NCBI GenBank assembly: GCA_963782055.1
Contig: CAWAIF010000003.1
Coordinates: 3,936,001-4,000,000 of the forward strand
DNA: 64,000 nucleotides
Origin: an uncultured delta proteobacterium
GTDB lineage: Bacteria; Myxococcota_A; Polyangia; Polyangiales; Polyangiaceae
Reading direction: 5' to 3'
Made by a program: the position numbers and the translations under genes. Of the stretch, positions 61,504 through 64,000 are shown piece after piece (position 1 is the stretch's first letter; each line of letters begins with the position of its first letter). The notes beneath the pieces are model-generated. The model was not told the DNA's origin. It saw only the letters and a program-made list of their open reading frames with translations, and made no database searches.

Positions 61504-62385
61504 ATGATGCGAACGCCAACCTCGCGCCGTCTCGGTCAGGGCGCCGTCGTCGCCCTCCTCATCGCCGCCTCCGGCCTGTCCGCCTGCAAGGACCAGGGCA
61601 AGGAGAGCGCCGCCAAGGCCGCCGCCAACGCGGACATGCTCGCCAATCTGGTCGACAAGGACGTGGGCGAGGTCGATCGCGGCCTGCCCGACGGCGCCAA
61701 GAAGATGGCGGCCCTCTACGCGCAGGGGGCTGACCCGAAGCAGGACCTGCCCGCCGTCCGCCGCGCCCTGATCGACACGCAGCGCGAGGTCCCGGATCTG
61801 AACATCGCCAAGTCCACCTTCTTCGCGCTGGCGGACGACAAGGGTATCGGCATCCGCAACAACCTGGAGAGCGATGCCATGGCCGGGCAGGACCTGCTCA
61901 AGCTCTTCCCCGACCTGTCGAAGGCCATCGCCGGTCAGTACGTCACGACCACCGGCGCCTTCCCCGGGCCCGCCACGCCCACCGGCCAGGGCGATCGCGA
62001 CTGGATCGCCGCGGCGCCGGTGAAGTCGGCCGACGGCAAGGTCGTCGGCCTGTACGTCACCGGCTGGGCGTATCGCCGCTACGCCGTGCACCTGCAGGAG
62101 GCGCTCAAGCGCGACCTGCAGGAGGCGCTGAAGAAGAGCGGCGACACCGGCAAGCTCCCCGTCTTCTACGTGGGCGTGTTCGACCCGACCGGCGTCTACA
62201 CCGAGCGAACCACGCCGCAGGTCAACGAGAAGGCTCTCGCCGACGCCAAGCTGGTCGACAAGACGAAGGCCGGTCCCTACCAGGGCACCGTCACCATCAC
62301 CGAGCGCAAGTTCGGCTACGCCGCCAAGCGCACGCCGAAGCTCGGGCCGGACACCGGCGTGGTGGTGCTGCGCTCGGAGCTCTGA
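61504..62385 (+). CDS. Lipoprotein with a Cache/PAS-like periplasmic fold
   Basis: Lipobox LSAC, long N-terminal helix, then FFALADDKG...WIAAAPVKSADGKVVGLYV (Cache-like). No TM or output domain. Confidence 0.65.
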   Translation: MMRTPTSRRLGQGAVVALLIAASGLSACKDQGKESAAKAAANADMLANLVDKDVGEVDRGLPDGAKKMAALYAQGADPKQDLPAVRRALIDTQREVPDLNIAKSTFFALADDKGIGIRNNLESDAMAGQDLLKLFPDLSKAIAGQYVTTTGAFPGPATPTGQGDRDWIAAAPVKSADGKVVGLYVTGWAYRRYAVHLQEALKRDLQEALKKSGDTGKLPVFYVGVFDPTGVYTERTTPQVNEKALADAKLVDKTKAGPYQGTVTITERKFGYAAKRTPKLGPDTGVVVLRSEL

Positions 62386-62398
62386 CTCCGCGCTCGCC

Positions 62399-62563
62399 TC
62401 AGCCCTGCCGGCCGAAGGCGTGCAGGGCGTAGAGGCCGAGCGCCCAGCCGGCGACGACGATGGCGCCGCCGCCGGACTGGCTCACCGTGCCGGCGAGGGC
62501 GATGCCCGTCGCCGACAGGGCGGCGGCCACCAGCAGCAGCGTGCGCGGCGCGGTCAGCGTCAC
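62399..62563 (-). CDS. Small two-TM membrane protein (54 aa)
   Basis: MTLTAPRTLLLVAAALSATGIALAGTVSQSGGGAIVVAGWALGLYALHAFGRQG. GTGA overlap with the upstream lipoprotein stop and strong GC3 bias. Below the ORF track cutoff. Confidence 0.65.
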   Translation of the reverse strand: MTLTAPRTLLLVAAALSATGIALAGTVSQSGGGAIVVAGWALGLYALHAFGRQG

Positions 62564-63051
62564 GGCCACCCCTCGTGCTGCGCCTCGACGAGGAAGTCGC
62601 GCACGTCGCGCGCGATCTTGCGCTCGGCGGCGATGCTGGTCTCGGAGTGTGCCTCGCCGGAGAGGTCGTCCTGCATGTAATCGGTGTTCCAGAGCACGAG
62701 CACGTGGGCGTCGGCGTCGTCGCCGATGCCCGGCACGACCACCAGCGCGTCCGACTTGCGATCATGGCGAGGGAGCAGCGCGCCCAGGTCCTTGGCCTCT
62801 TCCCGGGTGAGGTACGCGACACCGAACTTGTGACCCGCGGCCGCCGCCTCCAGCTTCACGGTCTGGTCCGCCGAGAGCTTCACCGGACGGTTGAGCTCGG
62901 GGTTCACGCCCTCCTCCTGGAAGGTCCTGGCGATGACGTCCTGGGCCCGCAGCTCGTCCACGGGGCGCGGCGGACCGGCGTGCACGGGCGGCGGCTCGGC
63001 GCAGCCACCGAGCAACGCCGCGGCGACAGCGAGGAAAACCCGACGTTTCAC
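62560..63051 (-). CDS. Hypothetical lipoprotein
   Basis: MKRRVFLAVAAALLGG-C lipobox and GC3-biased codons. Confidence 0.75.
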   Translation of the reverse strand: MKRRVFLAVAAALLGGCAEPPPVHAGPPRPVDELRAQDVIARTFQEEGVNPELNRPVKLSADQTVKLEAAAAGHKFGVAYLTREEAKDLGALLPRHDRKSDALVVVPGIGDDADAHVLVLWNTDYMQDDLSGEAHSETSIAAERKIARDVRDFLVEAQHEGWP

Positions 63052-63098
63052 GCGCGCTACGCTAGCGAAAAGGCGCGACGCTCGCTACCTTCGCGCGC

Positions 63099-64000
63099 AT
63101 GGCAGGCGACGCCACCACCGGTCGCGCGAGCGAGAGGCCTCGTTCCCGGCGCCCCCCCGAGAACCGCAAGGGCGCCGCGGGCGACAGCGCCGGCCGCTTC
63201 GCCGCGGTGGACGTCGGGTCGAACGGCATTCGCCTCCGCATCATCGAGGCGACGGCCGCCGCGGCCGACAATCCCCCCGCGGACGACGGCGAGCAGGAGC
63301 ACGGCTTCCGCTGGCACGAGATCGTCAACCTGCGCGCGCCGGTGCGCCTCGGCACCGAGGTCTTCCTGACGAGCCGCCTGGCCCCCGCGTCGATCGGCCA
63401 GGCGTGCGCGGCGCTGCGCGAGTTCCGGCAGGCGATGGACGACGCCAAGGTGGACGCCTACCGCGCGACCGCCACGAGCGCGGTGCGCGAGGCGAAGAAC
63501 GGCTCGACGCTCGTGGAGCGCGCCCGCCGCGAGGCCGGCATCGAGGTCGACGTCATCGAGGGCGTGGAGGAGGCGCGACTCATCGAGATGGCGGTCTGCC
63601 GTCGCCTGCAGCTCGCCGACCGCAAGGCGCTCCTCGTGGACGTGGGCGGCGGCTCCACCGAGCTGACGATCCTCGACAACGCGCGCCACGCCTTCTCCAT
63701 GTCGCTGCCCATCGGCACGGTGCGCCTGCTGGAGACGCTCCTGCGCGGCGGCGCCTCGGTGGACAAGGAGCGCGGGCGGCTGCTCAGCGAGATGATCGAC
63801 CGCGCCCTCGCGGAGGCGCTGCCCCACCTGAAGAAGCAGTCCTTCGAGCTGCTCATCGGCACGGGCGGCAACGTCGACACCATGGCCGAGCTCTGCCCGA
63901 TGCAGGGCGGCGTGGGCGGCTACCAGCGCGCGGTGGACGTCGGCGCGGCGCGCGCCCTCTTCGCCAAGCTCCTCAAGATGACGCCGCTCGAGCGGCGCGA
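63099..64000 (+). CDS. ppx: Ppx/GppA-family phosphatase, 3' end runs off the window
   Basis: AAVDVGSNGIRLRI, PVRLG, ATSAVREAKN, IEGVEEARL, VDVGGGSTE, GTGGN. Confidence 0.9.
   Translation, partial: MAGDATTGRASERPRSRRPPENRKGAAGDSAGRFAAVDVGSNGIRLRIIEATAAAADNPPADDGEQEHGFRWHEIVNLRAPVRLGTEVFLTSRLAPASIGQACAALREFRQAMDDAKVDAYRATATSAVREAKNGSTLVERARREAGIEVDVIEGVEEARLIEMAVCRRLQLADRKALLVDVGGGSTELTILDNARHAFSMSLPIGTVRLLETLLRGGASVDKERGRLLSEMIDRALAEALPHLKKQSFELLIGTGGNVDTMAELCPMQGGVGGYQRAVDVGAARALFAKLLKMTPLERR

Overview
Very GC-rich bacterial chromosome segment that looks myxobacterial (Polyangiaceae/Sorangiineae-like). This assignment is an inference from the four Hanks-type Ser/Thr kinases, PEGA/TPR proteins, Cys-rich lipoproteins and DUF4388 regulator. 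Most of it is densely packed core or accessory genome: glgA (partial), an RluA-type pseudouridine synthase, purH, a peptide ABC transporter, type III glutamine synthetase (one apparent +1 frameshift), argC-argB-hisH-hisA, uvrA, glutathione peroxidase, deoC with two aldehyde dehydrogenase genes, rpsU, ppx (partial), tRNA-Pro(GGG) and tRNA-Leu(CAA). I saw no CRISPR array, integrase or transposase. The most unusual items are: (1) a ParA ATPase with tandem N-terminal Cys-rich TRASH-like fingers coupled to a small RHH-like partner; (2) a DUF2760-Hsp70-Hsp70-TerB operon; (3) a membrane protein ending in a phage baseplate-J-like domain with no prophage nearby; (4) a GT-C-like membrane protein fused to a Wza-like Poly_export/SLBB module; (5) an unannotated 33-aa acidic ORF directly behind a near-consensus sigma-54 promoter, ahead of an octaheme cytochrome and a thioredoxin-TPR gene; (6) a sigma-54-driven kinase-TPR/PEGA-lipoprotein cassette; (7) a stand-alone sigma region-4 protein with a Cys/His motif next to a MerR-like regulator. 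All family assignments come from motif recognition by eye, with no database search.
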